Origin: an uncultured Candidatus Saccharibacteria bacterium
GTDB lineage: Bacteria; Patescibacteriota; Minisyncoccia; Phycocordibacterales; WO2-35-19
Direction: 5' to 3'
DNA: 56,332 nt
Assembly: GCA_964440955.1 (NCBI GenBank)
Contig: CAYTTP010000003.1
Span: forward strand, 1-56,332
The notes beneath the pieces are model-generated. The model did no database searches. It was not told the origin of the DNA and saw only the letters and a program-made list of their open reading frames with translations. The stretch's first letter is position 1. Every line of letters starts with the position of its first letter. Of the stretch, positions 55,989 to 56,332 are shown in pieces. The position numbers and the translations under genes were made by a program.

Positions 55989-56332
55989 CATCCTGAAGTT
56001 TTTCTCTGAGACAAATAGTCTCTATTCTTTCTTCAACTACTTCTTCAAATTTCCCGACTTCATCGATATGAGGATCGGCTCCTTGTTCTGGTTTAAATCT
56101 ACCTACACCTTTTTTACATTTTTAGTTGCAACAGGATTCATGTCTTAAATTAAGCATAATTTACCACATTTTAGGCCTTCAGTAAACGATTTTTCTTATG
56201 CTAAAATATCTTAATCAAGCCATTTTTATAGATATTGACTAATTACTAATAATATGCTAATATATGAATAGTTTAGAAATGTAAATTCTGGGGTGAAGTG
56301 CAACTGCAGTTGCTAATACCTCAGAGTATACC

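Overview
Low-GC bacterial chromosome segment that looks like a Candidate Phyla Radiation (Patescibacteria-like) genome. Supporting this are weak Shine-Dalgarno usage with TTG/GTG starts, many tandem TrbC/VirB2-like pilin paralogs, and reduced domain architectures. Housekeeping genes dominate: gyrA, clpB, infB-rbfA, murC/murB/murA/murD, parB, rel, topA, dprA, serS, miaA, msrA/msrB, rpmG, a dus-family gene and a cysteine desulfurase. Eleven tRNA genes were read directly from the sequence: Glu, Ser, Ala, Leu-TAG, Lys, Leu-TAA, Cys, Tyr, Trp, Leu-CAA and Asn. The tRNA-Asn gene carries a roughly 260-nt group I intron in its anticodon loop. Five observations stand out. (1) A compact retron-like locus sits next to tRNA-Tyr: a structured non-coding region bounded by inverted repeats, a roughly 300-aa reverse transcriptase with a YTRYLDD motif, and a small acidic ORF. 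(2) A family of roughly 140-150-bp repeat units abuts the 3' ends of at least five tRNA genes. Each unit ends in ...CCGGGGTCGCGAG-hairpin-ACTTGTGACC followed by a duplicated tRNA 3' segment that begins in the T-loop. In two cases the displaced copy carries CCA that the gene lacks. (3) Eight tandem TrbC/VirB2-like pilin paralogs lie between 6515 and 9515. (4) A GIY-YIG nuclease gene is wedged between a degenerate tRNA-Trp 5' fragment and the intact tRNA-Trp. (5) MurA carries an N-terminal helix-turn-helix domain fusion. Other items are a membrane-anchored Clp-like ATPase with a degenerate first ATPase domain, a T8 homopolymer frameshift in a bacterial PH-domain gene, and several recurring hairpin or leader motifs. 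Coordinates of features read by eye may be off by 1-2 nt.
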